DNA from: Bacteroidia bacterium
GTDB taxonomy: Bacteria; Bacteroidota; Bacteroidia; Chitinophagales; Saprospiraceae
Direction of reading: 5' to 3'
DNA: 64,000 bases
Assembly: GCA_030429045.1 (NCBI GenBank)
Contig: JAUIEA010000006.1
Location: 3,879-67,878 of the forward strand
Below, piece after piece: positions 1-10,200 of this stretch. Made by a program: the position numbers and the translations under genes. Within the stretch, counting starts at the first letter, position 1. Every line of letters starts with the position of its first letter. Under the pieces are notes generated by a model. It did not search any database, was not told the DNA's origin, and was given only the letters and a program-made list of their open reading frames with translations.

Positions 1-157
1 AGGAAGAGCCCTGTCTGCCATTGCCTCCCTATTGGGGTGGATATCTGGTCCAACCGGATCTGATGGAATTCTGGCAGGGACGCATGAGCCGGTTACATGA
101 CCGGGTACAATACCGGGCCGTGAACGGGTCCTGGGTCGTTGAACGTCTGTCCCCCTG
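1..157 (+). CDS. pdxH: Pyridoxamine 5'-phosphate oxidase, C-terminal fragment (5' end outside the window)
   Basis: Translation from nt 2 reads [51 protein letters not shown]-stop. The WGGY..P...EFWQGR.SRLHDR..Y tail is the conserved PNPOx C-terminus. It is absent from the ORF track because no start lies in the window. Confidence 0.8.
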
Positions 158-229
158 ACCCGGGCTTCGATCCCGGATCAAGGAAGGTGTACAAAGGATT
201 TGGACTTCAGAGAGCTTTCCTCGATCTGC

Positions 230-646
230 CTAGCAGAACTTCTCAAAAGCGCTCATCAGGTTGTCGGCGATCATGGATGCCGGACGGCCTTCGATGTGGT
301 GGCGCTCCAGCATGTGGACCAGTTCACCATCCTTGAACAGGGCGATGGCCGGACTGGACGGTGGATAGGGCAAGAAATACTCCCGGGCACGAGAGGTCGC
401 CTCTGCATCCACACCGGCAAAGACAGTCCCCAGTTTTGCAGGCTTCTTTGCGGAACGGTGTAAGGCCAGTTTCACCCCTGGGCGGCAGTTGGCTGCCGCA
501 CATCCACAAACGGAATTGACAACCATCAGGACAGTTCCCTGATCACCCTCCAACATGGAATCCACCTCGGCGGCACTCGATAAAGGAGAAAACCCGAAAT
601 CAGTCAGGTCCTTGGTCATGGGTTCGGTCAGTTCGATCGGATACAT
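230..646 (-). CDS. Bacilliredoxin (BrxA/B, YphP/YqiW, DUF1094 family) thiol-disulfide oxidoreductase
   Basis: 138 aa. VVNSVCGCAA redox motif, then TVFAGVD.EAT..AREYF....PSSP..ALFKDGELVH...RH.IEG and a C-terminal ..F.KFC. Near-colinear with my recollection of Bacillus YphP/BrxA. Confidence 0.88.
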   Translation of the reverse strand: MYPIELTEPMTKDLTDFGFSPLSSAAEVDSMLEGDQGTVLMVVNSVCGCAAANCRPGVKLALHRSAKKPAKLGTVFAGVDAEATSRAREYFLPYPPSSPAIALFKDGELVHMLERHHIEGRPASMIADNLMSAFEKFC

Positions 647-659
647 GCGTTCTTTTTTG

Positions 660-667
660 CAAAGTTA
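660..667 (-). promoter_or_regulatory. Putative Bacteroidota -7 box (TAACTTTG) for the bacilliredoxin gene
   Basis: The minus strand reads TAACTTTG, a perfect TAnnTTTG match, 13 nt before the ATG at 646. Confidence 0.4.
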
Positions 668-713
668 CTTAGATTCAGTTTAAACAAGGAGGTGGGCAAC
701 TTGTTCCAAAGAG

Positions 714-1082
714 ATGAAAAAGTTTGTCCTCTTCACAGTCCTGGTGGCTGGTCTGCAGATCGGCTGTAAGAATGACCCCATTCTCTCGATAGAGCCCGAT
801 CCCTGCCAGACACCCCTGAGCTACCAGGTGGATATCCTGCCCCTTATCCAGGAAACCTGCAATTATGCCGGTTGTCATGCCGGGGCGTACAGTGATTATG
901 AGGGGATCGAACCCAAGCTGCAGAGTGGCAAACTGGTGGATCGCGTCTTTCAGAGAATGGATGACCCGGCATTGCGGATGCCACCAAGCCGTACTGTTTA
1001 CCCACAGGTCATGCGCGAACAACTGACCCAGGAAGAGTTGGATCTCATTCAATGCTGGGTCAACCAGGGTTATCCCCGATAA
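714..1082 (+). CDS. Small lipoprotein of unknown function
   Basis: 122 aa. The N-terminus MKKFVLFTVLVAGLQIGC looks like a lipoprotein signal with a lipobox Cys. It contains CNYAGCH (CX4CH, not canonical CXXCH). No family recognised. Confidence 0.55.
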   Translation: MKKFVLFTVLVAGLQIGCKNDPILSIEPDPCQTPLSYQVDILPLIQETCNYAGCHAGAYSDYEGIEPKLQSGKLVDRVFQRMDDPALRMPPSRTVYPQVMREQLTQEELDLIQCWVNQGYPR

Positions 1083-1139
1083 CCAATCTCGCGGATCGAA
1101 AATCGCTTTCCTCCGTACCTTACCACAAATCAGCGCTCC

Positions 1140-1979
1140 TTGGACGGATATCGACCATACACTATTTCCCGATTTGACCGTCAGCAGGGCTGGCAGGACA
1201 GTCCGGATGCAGTGACGGTCGAAGAGCCGTTGGAAATTCGCCTCGTTTTCGGTCCGGCGGCAAAGCGGGAAAACCGTAGCCTGGCGATCACCATGCGGAC
1301 GCCCGGCCACGACCAGGAACTGGTCAGGGGGTTCCTCTTCAGTGAGGGGTTGATCACGCATCCCGGGCAGATCATGTCCATGCACCTGACGGATACGCGG
1401 CAGGAAGCAGGGCGCGGACACACCCTGGAAGTACACCTTCAGCCTGAGGTCGTCCTGGACTGGACGGCCCTGGAGCGCCATTTTTACCTCACGTCCAGTT
1501 GCGGGGTTTGCGGAAAGGCTTCCATTGATGCGGTAATGCAGAATCTGCAGAGTGATCTATTCCCCCTGGAGCCTCGTTTGCAAACTGGAACCATTCTGGG
1601 CTTACCCGACATCCTGCGCAAGCAACAATCGCTGTTCAGCATCACGGGTGGCATTCATGCCAGTGGCCTGTTTGATCAACAGGGCAACCTGCTTCTGCTT
1701 CGGGAAGATGTCGGTCGCCACAATGCCATGGATAAACTGGTCGGAGGGCTGCTGGCCACGGAGGGATTGCGACAGCAACTGGCTGCCGTGGTTCTCAGTG
1801 GACGGGCCAGCTTCGAACTGGTCCAGAAAGCCCTGATCTCTTCCATCCCCATGCTGATTGCCGTAGGTGCGCCCTCTTCGCTCGCCATCGACCTGGCAGA
1901 AGAAGGTGGTTTGACCCTGATCGGTTTCTCCGGGCAGGACCGATTCAATGTGTACACCGGAAGGCAGCGGGTGATCTAG
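1140..1979 (+). CDS. fdhD: Formate dehydrogenase accessory sulfurtransferase FdhD (Mo-bisPGD cofactor sulfuration)
   Basis: 279 aa. Has the SSCGVCGKASID cysteine motif and GRHNAMDKLVGG, both FdhD family signatures. TTG start as given in the ORF track. Confidence 0.88.
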   Translation: MDGYRPYTISRFDRQQGWQDSPDAVTVEEPLEIRLVFGPAAKRENRSLAITMRTPGHDQELVRGFLFSEGLITHPGQIMSMHLTDTRQEAGRGHTLEVHLQPEVVLDWTALERHFYLTSSCGVCGKASIDAVMQNLQSDLFPLEPRLQTGTILGLPDILRKQQSLFSITGGIHASGLFDQQGNLLLLREDVGRHNAMDKLVGGLLATEGLRQQLAAVVLSGRASFELVQKALISSIPMLIAVGAPSSLAIDLAEEGGLTLIGFSGQDRFNVYTGRQRVI

Positions 1980-2102
1980 TCGGGATCGCCCTGAGCGGAT
2001 TCTTCCCTGTTCTTCACCAAGCGATGGGCCGCCTTTCAAGGTGCAGTTTCTTCACCCCAAGCAGGGAATGTCCACTTCCCTGCATGGAATCCCAATTTCT
2101 CT

Positions 2103-2110
2103 TACCTTTG
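2103..2110 (+). promoter_or_regulatory. Putative -7 box (TACCTTTG) for the THX gene
   Basis: Perfect TAnnTTTG match, 27 nt upstream of the ATG at 2138. Confidence 0.5.
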
Positions 2111-2137
2111 CAACCGTCATAAAAAAACAATCTAACC

Positions 2138-2281
2138 ATGGGTAGAGGAGATAAGCGCACCAAGCGCGGAAAGATCTGGCGCGGTTCCTTCGGCAATTCC
2201 CGTCCGAAGGCCGTGAACGTAGCCGCTGAAGCAGCCAACAAAGCTGCCGATAAGAAACAAGCTGCGAAGAAGGCTTCTTAA
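2138..2281 (+). CDS. 30S ribosomal protein THX (47 aa, below the ORF-track length cutoff)
   Basis: Hand translation gives MGRGDKRTKRGKIWRGSFGNSRPKAVNVAAEAANKAADKKQAAKKAS-stop. The MG.GD.RT.RGKIWRG..G..RP start is the THX signature. A -7 box precedes it and a strong terminator follows. Confidence 0.85.
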   Translation: MGRGDKRTKRGKIWRGSFGNSRPKAVNVAAEAANKAADKKQAAKKAS

Positions 2282-2305
2282 TCGTCTTTGTGCTTCGACA
2301 ACGAC

Positions 2306-2334
2306 AAGGCCTCCGTATGGAGGCCTTTTTTTTC
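2306..2334 (+). terminator. Rho-independent terminator after THX
   Basis: AAGGCCTCC-GTAT-GGAGGCCTT stem (9 bp) followed by a T run. It abuts the stop of the convergent CHAT gene. Confidence 0.8.
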
Positions 2335-5202
2335 TTATTCCAGTAACACGAACCCGGCCCAGGCATAGGGATCGATGTATCGTTCTCGCATGGCGGACTG
2401 GGCTTCCCGGAAGGCATCCGGGACCGACATCTCCAATTCCAGCCAGTTTCGATAAAAGGCAACCATCAGATCCTTGGTCTGATGATCTGGCACCTGCCAC
2501 AGGGACATGATGATATAGCGAACGCCGGCCATTGCAAAAGCACGTTGCAGCCCGTACACTCCTTCACTTCCATTGATCTCCCCGAGTCCGGTTTCACAGG
2601 CGGACAAAATAACCAGCTCGGTCCCCCTTAGATCCATGTGACAGATCTCAAAGGCAGACAGGATCCCATCTTCAAGTCCGGCTACAGGCGAATTTCCCGA
2701 CCACACATGGTTCCCACCTGCCAGGATCAGGCCAGACCGCATTAAAGGATTGCCGCTGGTTTTCAGGGTCGGTCCGGTATCCGATCCGCCATCCGGTTGA
2801 TCCTCAAAAAAGTAACCGTGGGTTGCCAGGTGGATCACACGTGGTGAAAGCAGGTTTTTTTCGATCAGTTTAAAATTGTCCTCACTGGCCGAATGCCCGT
2901 TCAGGCCTGAAACATGAAATCCCGCTCCTTCCAGGATCGAACTGACTTGTGTCACCTCTTTCAGACTCCCCGGTAGGGACCGCCATGAGCCAGTGCCTCC
3001 GCGATCCAGGGCGACGACCATTTCCGCTCCCGAGGGATCCAGAAAGGTTGGTGCCTCAATACCAGACATGATCGCCAGGCTATCCATGGCATAGGAAGCA
3101 CCTCCGATCAGGAAGGCATCCCGTCCAAACCGGATATTTCCAAAGGTGTTCTTTTCACCCAGTTGAGCTGTATTGCCAATATGTCGAATCGCATACACAT
3201 CTGATAAGGTACTATCGGAGTTGATCGGGATCGCCCCGATATGGATCCGATGCAGCAACCCGGCCGGAGAAATAAATACCGTCCGGCAATCTTCCAGAAA
3301 TGGCGTTACCGGTTTCCAGATCAGGTCAAACAAGGTCAGATGGTCATCTTCCACAGGTGACAACCCCCGCTCCGGAATAGTATACATCCGAGATACATAA
3401 TCCGCTCTGCGTTCCGTATCCGAGCCCATTAATTGACCTAACTCTTCTTCTGTACACAGTGGAATAAATCGAGGGTGGGACCACTCCTGTCGAAGCAGAT
3501 AGGCTGCGTATTGCGTTCTGCTCTGTTTGCCTGGCCCCTCATGGATGATGAAGCGATCAAATTCGATGGCCATTTCCCCTGGGTTCAAACCATCCCTGAC
3601 CTCCCGCCAATCGGGGGCTCTTTCCGCATCAAATTCTGGCAGGTGGGTCACCAGATACTGTTCGATCCGTTCCGCCTCCATCTCCAGGCTGTCCAGTTGA
3701 TCACCTCGTTCGACCAGGGGGATACTGTATTCATCCGCGATTCGGGTATGCAGATCCAGCCAGCGGCGATACTGACTGTGAATACCCTCATCCGGATGCG
3801 ATCGCAAGCGCTCCAGTAAACGGGTTTTCAGGTGAAGCAGAATGCCCTTCCGAAGCATGGCATTTTCATAATTCTGACACACCAGGGAATCATATTCAGC
3901 ATGTGTCATCAGGAAGGCGGAGATCCGATCATAATCCATGGCCAGATCAGCTGCAAAAGACAATTGAAGGCGCTCATTGAGGAAAGGCAACCGATTCATC
4001 GTCTGGAACCGCAGGTTCTGTCCCAATTGCAGATAAACCTCCATGGCCGCCTGCACCTCTTGCATCGCCTCCAGATTCGCAGCCCGGCCACTGAGGAACC
4101 AGCCAAATTCCTGGTGTTGGATCCCCAGTGATGCTGCCCCTGCCGCCAGGGCCTTGCGGTAGTGTTCATCGGCTGAATCATAGGCACCGATCCGATGGTG
4201 GTTCTGCGCAAGATTGTAGTGCCCTGTTGCACAATATAAATGTTGTGACCCCAGATGTTCACTCACGATTGCCAAAGCTTTTTCCAGGAGTGGAATGGCT
4301 TGGTCATATTGCCCCAGCCGGTAGTAAATGGTTCCCAGGTTATTCAGACGGTAAGAATAGTTCAGATCACTGTCACTGACTCTTTCTTCATAGATCTCCC
4401 TGGCGCGAATCAACATATCCAGGCACTCTTCAGTGCGACCCTCTGCAAATCGGGCATATCCCAGATTGTCCATGATCGTGACCTGACTCTCGAAGTCTTC
4501 CGGAGAAAGGTCCTGAAAAATAGAAAGTGACTCTGTATAAGCCTCTCCTGCCAATCGACTATCGCCCAGGGCCTGATACACCAGTCCGAGATTGTTTAAT
4601 CGGGCCCCGTACGGGAGGCTTCTCTTGCCCAGGAGGGCCTCCGTCTCTGCAACAGATTGCAGGATGAGTTCCAATGATTTTCCCAGATCACTTTTGTCTA
4701 ACAGGACCAACCCCTTGTATGCCAGGGCCAGGGGATATTCCGGGGTCTTTTTTCCGGGCCCTGTTTCCATGTCATTCAAATACCGGTCTGCAAGGGAGAG
4801 GGCCGTCTCCAGTTCGCCCATCTGACGATGATATTCGATCAAATAGACTTCAGACGAATCCGTTTCCAAGCCGGCTTCCAGGAGGAGAGCAGCACAATCC
4901 ATGTGTTCCGAGCGCAGGGCAAGATCCAGGGGATTCAGGCCATTGGCATTCGTGACATCCAGGTCTCCTCCTGCCTTGATCCATTGTTCGACCTCCTTTG
5001 CCTGGCCGGAGGCTGCCGCATCCAGAAGGGCGGATTGTGCAAGGAGGGGCGTGTTACAAATCGCGAACAGACCGACGAGGATTAGTATTTGAAGAGGATG
5101 AATTTTCCAGAGGAAGGTGCAGCAGACAGCCCGTTTCCTGCTCATCTCTGACCTTCGTTTTATGGTGATTGTCGTTTGATCCAACAGCCTGCCTGGTTTC
5201 AT
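2335..5202 (-). CDS. Secreted ANK-TPR-CHAT domain protease (caspase-fold, clan CD)
   Basis: 955-aa ORF. The C-terminus carries the CHAT signature HLATHGYF ... ILSACETG. There is an ankyrin-like repeat (NANGLNPLDLALRSEHMDCAALLLEAG) and several TPR-like repeats (LNNLGLVYQALGD, LNNLGTIYYRLGQYDQA). The hydrophobic N-segment ILILVGLFAICNTPLLAQS is signal-like. The ATG overlaps the upstream stop as TAATG; an alternative start (MSRKRAV) lies at 5145. Confidence 0.85.
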   Translation of the reverse strand: MKPGRLLDQTTITIKRRSEMSRKRAVCCTFLWKIHPLQILILVGLFAICNTPLLAQSALLDAAASGQAKEVEQWIKAGGDLDVTNANGLNPLDLALRSEHMDCAALLLEAGLETDSSEVYLIEYHRQMGELETALSLADRYLNDMETGPGKKTPEYPLALAYKGLVLLDKSDLGKSLELILQSVAETEALLGKRSLPYGARLNNLGLVYQALGDSRLAGEAYTESLSIFQDLSPEDFESQVTIMDNLGYARFAEGRTEECLDMLIRAREIYEERVSDSDLNYSYRLNNLGTIYYRLGQYDQAIPLLEKALAIVSEHLGSQHLYCATGHYNLAQNHHRIGAYDSADEHYRKALAAGAASLGIQHQEFGWFLSGRAANLEAMQEVQAAMEVYLQLGQNLRFQTMNRLPFLNERLQLSFAADLAMDYDRISAFLMTHAEYDSLVCQNYENAMLRKGILLHLKTRLLERLRSHPDEGIHSQYRRWLDLHTRIADEYSIPLVERGDQLDSLEMEAERIEQYLVTHLPEFDAERAPDWREVRDGLNPGEMAIEFDRFIIHEGPGKQSRTQYAAYLLRQEWSHPRFIPLCTEEELGQLMGSDTERRADYVSRMYTIPERGLSPVEDDHLTLFDLIWKPVTPFLEDCRTVFISPAGLLHRIHIGAIPINSDSTLSDVYAIRHIGNTAQLGEKNTFGNIRFGRDAFLIGGASYAMDSLAIMSGIEAPTFLDPSGAEMVVALDRGGTGSWRSLPGSLKEVTQVSSILEGAGFHVSGLNGHSASEDNFKLIEKNLLSPRVIHLATHGYFFEDQPDGGSDTGPTLKTSGNPLMRSGLILAGGNHVWSGNSPVAGLEDGILSAFEICHMDLRGTELVILSACETGLGEINGSEGVYGLQRAFAMAGVRYIIMSLWQVPDHQTKDLMVAFYRNWLELEMSVPDAFREAQSAMRERYIDPYAWAGFVLLE

Positions 5203-7157
5203 TATTCCTGTTCTACGATCCTGAATCTCAACGTATGTACACTACCCGTCCCGGCGGGCTTTTCTTCGATCGTGATCCCCCTGGTCCCGCCGATATCCGG
5301 AAAACTCGAGGCATAGAGCACTTCAAGCGGATGAGGTTTTTCAGGAACACCCCGCGTATTGTGGATCTGTCCCAATCGAATGGGTTTGTCGGTGCAGATC
5401 AATTTGATGGTTTCCGGACCAAAGGGAGGGGCCACATCAAACTGGGGGCTCTTCCAGGTCTTACCCGGTTGCAGGGAATAGATGGCACCATCCTGCAGGG
5501 GTGGTGGGATCAGGGTGACCACGATGTCATCCGGCTGGATATCCACCAGGGAATAATAAAAGGGGGTATTGCCGGTGTTGGTGACCTGCAGGCGCATCTT
5601 GCTGCCTTCGATCACCTGGTCCTCGGTGAATGGCTCCCAGCCATTCTCTGTCCGGATCAGCAATTCCACGGAAGCCTGATAGGCCGGATCCTTGGTTTCG
5701 ATCAATCGCATGGCGGTGGCCTCGACGTGTCTGCGGATGGCCTGGATCAGTTTACCCCCGTTGGAAGGGCCCAGCTGATCCGTCCAGATCAGCCGGTCAT
5801 CTGAGGTCCAGAGGAAGATACTATCCTGGCTGTCCTCGACGATGAGACGCGTCGGGAGATCAGAGATCCGGATAAAAGGATAGTCCTTGAGGATAGACTT
5901 CAGGCGGGCAGAGGTGGTCTCACTGAGTGCCCGAAGGTGTATGGACAGATCAATGGGTGGCGGTGCGGCAAAGATCTGATAGGCCCGACTGTTCTCGATC
6001 TCGGCAGCGGTGACAGGGCCATGCAGGGCCAGGTCACTGGTCACCGCTGTCACCTGAGTGATGATGCCGCTGACAATGGGGTCGACCAGGGTGGTATCCG
6101 TGGTACCTGCCGGATAGATATCCATGATACTTCCCGGGTAAACGCCTTTCAAACTGCCGACAGCCAGGCGGACCGTGTCCGGTGCTCGTTGTTCGGCAAT
6201 TCTGAAGACCGGTACTGGTGGCGAGAGTCGGCCGTCAAAAAGGGGACTTTGCAGGTCGCCTTCGGCGGTGGGCCGTTGGCGGAGGCCGATGTTCTGAATA
6301 TGGGAGGTGACTTCTTCATAAAGTGCCTGGACCGTAGCATTCGGTTCGATGGACCTGAGGCTTCTGCAGAACTCGTAGGTATAGGCACCAAACTGGCCTC
6401 CGGGTTGGGCCTGTTCATAACTGAGTTGAGTCGGGGAAGAGCTGGTGAATACGATCAGATTCTTCCGGGCGTCGGAGGTAACCATTTCTGCTGGCGGTGC
6501 GGTCCGCTCCCGGCTGCCACCAAACAACCCTGTCCGGACCGTAGCAGGGTCTGCCATGATCACGTCGGTCCCCCGGGCTGTTCCCAATCCGCGGGTGGAG
6601 GTGCCGGAATGACATGCATCCACGGACAGGAAGATATGCCCTCCGTCGCCGACCCGGGCCAGCAGATCGTCCAGGATACGGCCGATCTCATCGTCCCGCA
6701 GGAGGTTTTCCCCTTCGTAGACACCGGCCTGAAATTGCTTGGGTGAATCAAAGGGCACCCAGCATTCATCCAGTTCATCCTCTTCATCCCCGTTGTCATC
6801 AGCCGCTTGCTGGCCATGGCCGGAAAAATGCAGGAGGAGGAAATCTCCTTTATGCAGTTGGGGGGCTACCTCCTTCAACAGGAAATCGGTAATGCCCTTT
6901 TTGGTCGCCTGTTCATCCTGGATGATCTGGATGTTCTCCGCCTGAAAACCTACATCCTGGAGGGTCAGGGACAACAGTTCCATATCGTTTGCTGAGGATA
7001 GAGCTGCCCATCCCGTGGATGCGGGATAGGCGCCTACGCCAATGAGAGCGGCATGGTTGGTGGGTTGGGCGAATATATCAGGAGAAGTCAGCAGGGTAAA
7101 AAATAGGAAACTGCAGAATGCGGGAATTCCACGCGGCATAGATCGGATTTTTGACAT
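5202..7157 (-). CDS. Secreted caspase-family (peptidase C14) protein with DUF4384-like C-terminal domain
   Basis: 651 aa. Has the HFSGHGQQ and SVDACHSG dyad motifs. The N-terminus FCSFLFFTLLTSPDIFAQP is signal-like. The C-terminal beta-rich region (MRLQVTNTGNTPFYYSLVDIQPDDIVV) resembles DUF4384, a known caspase companion domain. Confidence 0.8.
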   Translation of the reverse strand: MSKIRSMPRGIPAFCSFLFFTLLTSPDIFAQPTNHAALIGVGAYPASTGWAALSSANDMELLSLTLQDVGFQAENIQIIQDEQATKKGITDFLLKEVAPQLHKGDFLLLHFSGHGQQAADDNGDEEDELDECWVPFDSPKQFQAGVYEGENLLRDDEIGRILDDLLARVGDGGHIFLSVDACHSGTSTRGLGTARGTDVIMADPATVRTGLFGGSRERTAPPAEMVTSDARKNLIVFTSSSPTQLSYEQAQPGGQFGAYTYEFCRSLRSIEPNATVQALYEEVTSHIQNIGLRQRPTAEGDLQSPLFDGRLSPPVPVFRIAEQRAPDTVRLAVGSLKGVYPGSIMDIYPAGTTDTTLVDPIVSGIITQVTAVTSDLALHGPVTAAEIENSRAYQIFAAPPPIDLSIHLRALSETTSARLKSILKDYPFIRISDLPTRLIVEDSQDSIFLWTSDDRLIWTDQLGPSNGGKLIQAIRRHVEATAMRLIETKDPAYQASVELLIRTENGWEPFTEDQVIEGSKMRLQVTNTGNTPFYYSLVDIQPDDIVVTLIPPPLQDGAIYSLQPGKTWKSPQFDVAPPFGPETIKLICTDKPIRLGQIHNTRGVPEKPHPLEVLYASSFPDIGGTRGITIEEKPAGTGSVHTLRFRIVEQE

Positions 7158-7261
7158 CGTAGTAAAATCGTCGGCTTCGGAAGATAAGACAAATTCAAGA
7201 GCCCACAGTTACCCGGGCTGGTCCGGAAGATTAAAACTCAGGAAAGTTGCACGGCAATCCC

Positions 7262-7269
7262 TATATTTA
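7262..7269 (+). promoter_or_regulatory. Putative -7 box (TATATTTA) for caspase-TPR paralogue A
   Basis: The motif CCTATATTTAA lies 24 nt before the ATG at 7294. The same motif recurs upstream of paralogue B (10950) and of the OMP gene (19026). It matches TAnnTTT but ends in A instead of G. Confidence 0.35.
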
Positions 7270-7293
7270 ACTATTACTGGATATACCTGCCCA

Positions 7294-10200
7294 ATGTCAC
7301 ATCGCTACCTCTCGATAATCCCGATTATTCTTTGGTGGAGCCTCATTTGTCCATTAGGTGTGGCCGCCCAACCTGTCCTCAAACCGGACCCCACCAATGG
7401 CCCATCGCACGTACCGACCATGCGGGCAGTGGTGATCGGCGTTTCTCAATACCAGGATCAGGGGGTTCGGCCACTTCATTATGCCCACAAGGATGCCCAG
7501 GCGTTTGCCGACTATCTGCATTCTGATGCAGCGGGAAAAATGCAGAAGGAAGTGCGGACGTTGATCAATGCCGATGCCACCCTGGCTGCGGTAGACGATG
7601 CCATGAACTGGCTGAAAACATCCTCCGTGGAAGGTGACATGGCCCTGTTGTATTTCGCCGGTCATGGCGATGTGGAGGTCGCGGCGCTCTGGCAGCTCGG
7701 GTATTTACTGACCTATGATTCCCCGCCCAACAATTTCCGGAACAATGCCATCCGGGTCGAGGACCTGGACCTCCTGGCCATAGAGCTTTCCTCGGTCCGC
7801 AATGTGCGTACGATGTTCATCCTGGATGCCTGTCGGTCAGGCACCCTGGCAGATGGCCGGAATGTCCCCACAGAAAACCTGACCAAACAGAAAGCCAACG
7901 AGGTGCGTATCCTGTCTTGCAAACCGGATCAGAAGTCACTGGAAGGAGCCAGCTGGGGCGGTGGCCGTGGGGTCTTCTCTTACTATCTGATCAGGGGGCT
8001 TCAGGGTTTGGCCAATGATGCCGGGAATACCAGTGACCTGGAATCCGTTACGGTGGAAGAATTGGAGGATTATTTCCGCAAAACAGTGGTCAGGGATACC
8101 AAGAGCCTGGACCCTCCGCAGCGTCAGGACCCCATTATCGTTTCAGGCGCTGCCAATATTCCAGTGGGTGTTGTTGTCCCGGAGATCCTGGCCACCCTTA
8201 CCGAAGACAATAAGAATAAGGCCAGGAACCCGAGCCAACCGATTTCTGAAAATCGCAGTATGTCGGACCCCGTCACCATCCGTCAGGTAGCTGCCGATAA
8301 TCCGGTGGATGTGCTCTTCACCAAATCCGGGGAAAAAGAACTTTTCGAATATCTGGACATTGCTTCCTTGCTGAAGATACCAGCCAGGGATATTCCTGAA
8401 GCCATCCTCCAGCATCTGACAGATGTCGCCAGGGACCAGTACTGGCCACCTGAAGTACAAGACAACCTGAAGGAATACTGGAGTATCGCTGACCTGGACA
8501 AAGATGATCCGGAAGACCTTCAGCTGTTCAATACCAAATTGGCGATCGCGCTTCACGATCGAGGCCAGGAGATCATCAACAGTTATCTCCGGGCAGATCC
8601 GGGCGATCTGGAAGAACGCAGTATCATCAAATTTGAAACCACCAAATACCGGTGGTACCCCGATCTATTCAAACTGGTGATCAAATTGCTCCCCGAAGGC
8701 CATCCCCTCCAGGATCGTGTCGCCGTAAAGGAAGCCTACTTTTCAGGCGCTTCCATCCGGATCCTGGCCCTGGATCTTGAAGATCCGCTCCCCGCCTACA
8801 ATGAAGCTGAGGCGTTGTTGCAAAAAGCACTCCGCCTGGATCCCTATGCACCCTACGTCCACAATGAACTGGGGATCATTTACATGCGAAAAAATGTACT
8901 GGACAAATCTGAATATCACTTTAACAGAGCAGTGGAACTGGCCCCCGGATGGGGCTTCCCCTATGCCAATCTAGGGGTCATCTTTATCCAGCAGAATCGA
9001 CTGTCCGAGGCGCAGGAAAATGTTGCCAAAGCACTCCGGTTGATACCCGACAACTACTTGCCCCACCTGCACCAGGGCCAGATCCATGAACTGAATCGAC
9101 GATTCCTGGATGCAGAAACTGAATATCAGCGTTGTATCAGACTGTTACCCGAGGATATCATTGCCTATAATCGCCTGGGCCATCTATATCTCCAGACAAG
9201 CGAATATGCCAAAGCGAATAAACATCTTAAAACAGTCACAGAACTCGCAGGGTTGCTCCCGCCAAGTATCCACACCCTGTTGTTTGATGAATACCGAAAT
9301 CCGGAGGCCGATCATCCTTTTGATTATCCCGTCGACATGGCTACTCGCCCTGTCATGCATTATCCACCGGACCTGGACCTGGACGACCCGGGAATAACCC
9401 CCGATATTGACAGGGCTCTTCAGCACATGCAACTCGGTATTGCCTATTGTCAATCCCGGCTATATGAACAAGCTGTTGATGCATTCCAGGCGGTTATTCG
9501 CCTCGATGTCCACTACAAGGACGTATATGACCATCTTGCATGGGCCTATTTGAAACTTGAGAAATACGATCTGGCCGACAGGATGCTGACCCTGGCAGAA
9601 CGGAACACCGAGGCTGTTTCCGGAAGAGAAATGCTGGAGGCACTGGTGGCAGAAAGATGCGGCCGATGGAGTGAAGCAGCGACGATCTACCGGAAACTGA
9701 TCGATGATCACCTCCATGCTCAACTCGGCTATCAGAAACTCGCGGCATTTTACGAGACCACAGATCAGTATGTCGAGGCCGAATGGACGTATCAGGAATA
9801 CATGGGTGCTGACCAGGAGGCCGGACAAAGTGCCCTCTATTCATTCTATCTCCGTATGGCTGACATGATGCCGAGTCAGTATTCCTGGAAACAACGAGCA
9901 GCCATGATCCTTTATGAGAAGTGCATGGAGGCTGCCGAAAGCGGATTCGGAACTGGTTACGCCAGGAAGGCTTTTCAGCCGCATGCTCTGCCCTCCACAG
10001 TGGATGAATTCTACTCTTCCTGTTATTCCCCCCTGCCCTATTCCATCCATCCGGACCTCCAGGACAAACAGAGTGCCTGCAAAGCATCAGAAAAACTGTT
10101 CCGCTCGATCTATCCCTTCTTGAAAACCTCTGGTGAACGCGCCGCCATTCTAGAAAAAACGGGCAATATCCATGCCCAGCTTTTGAATGAAGCCCAGGCA

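Noticed and set aside
714-1082. Calling the small lipoprotein a c-type cytochrome
   Set aside because: The motif is CNYAGCH (CX4CH), not the canonical CXXCH, and there is only one such motif with no other haem-protein features.
7042-7293. N-terminal extensions implied by the ORF track at 7042, 17431, 18988, 27496, 28344, 30180, 32530, 37300, 45353, 46797, 53946 and 60715
   Set aside because: In each case an internal Met gives a canonical signal peptide or a conserved family N-terminus. Many are preceded by a -7-box-like motif, and two of the long versions overlap the upstream gene (28344, 32530).
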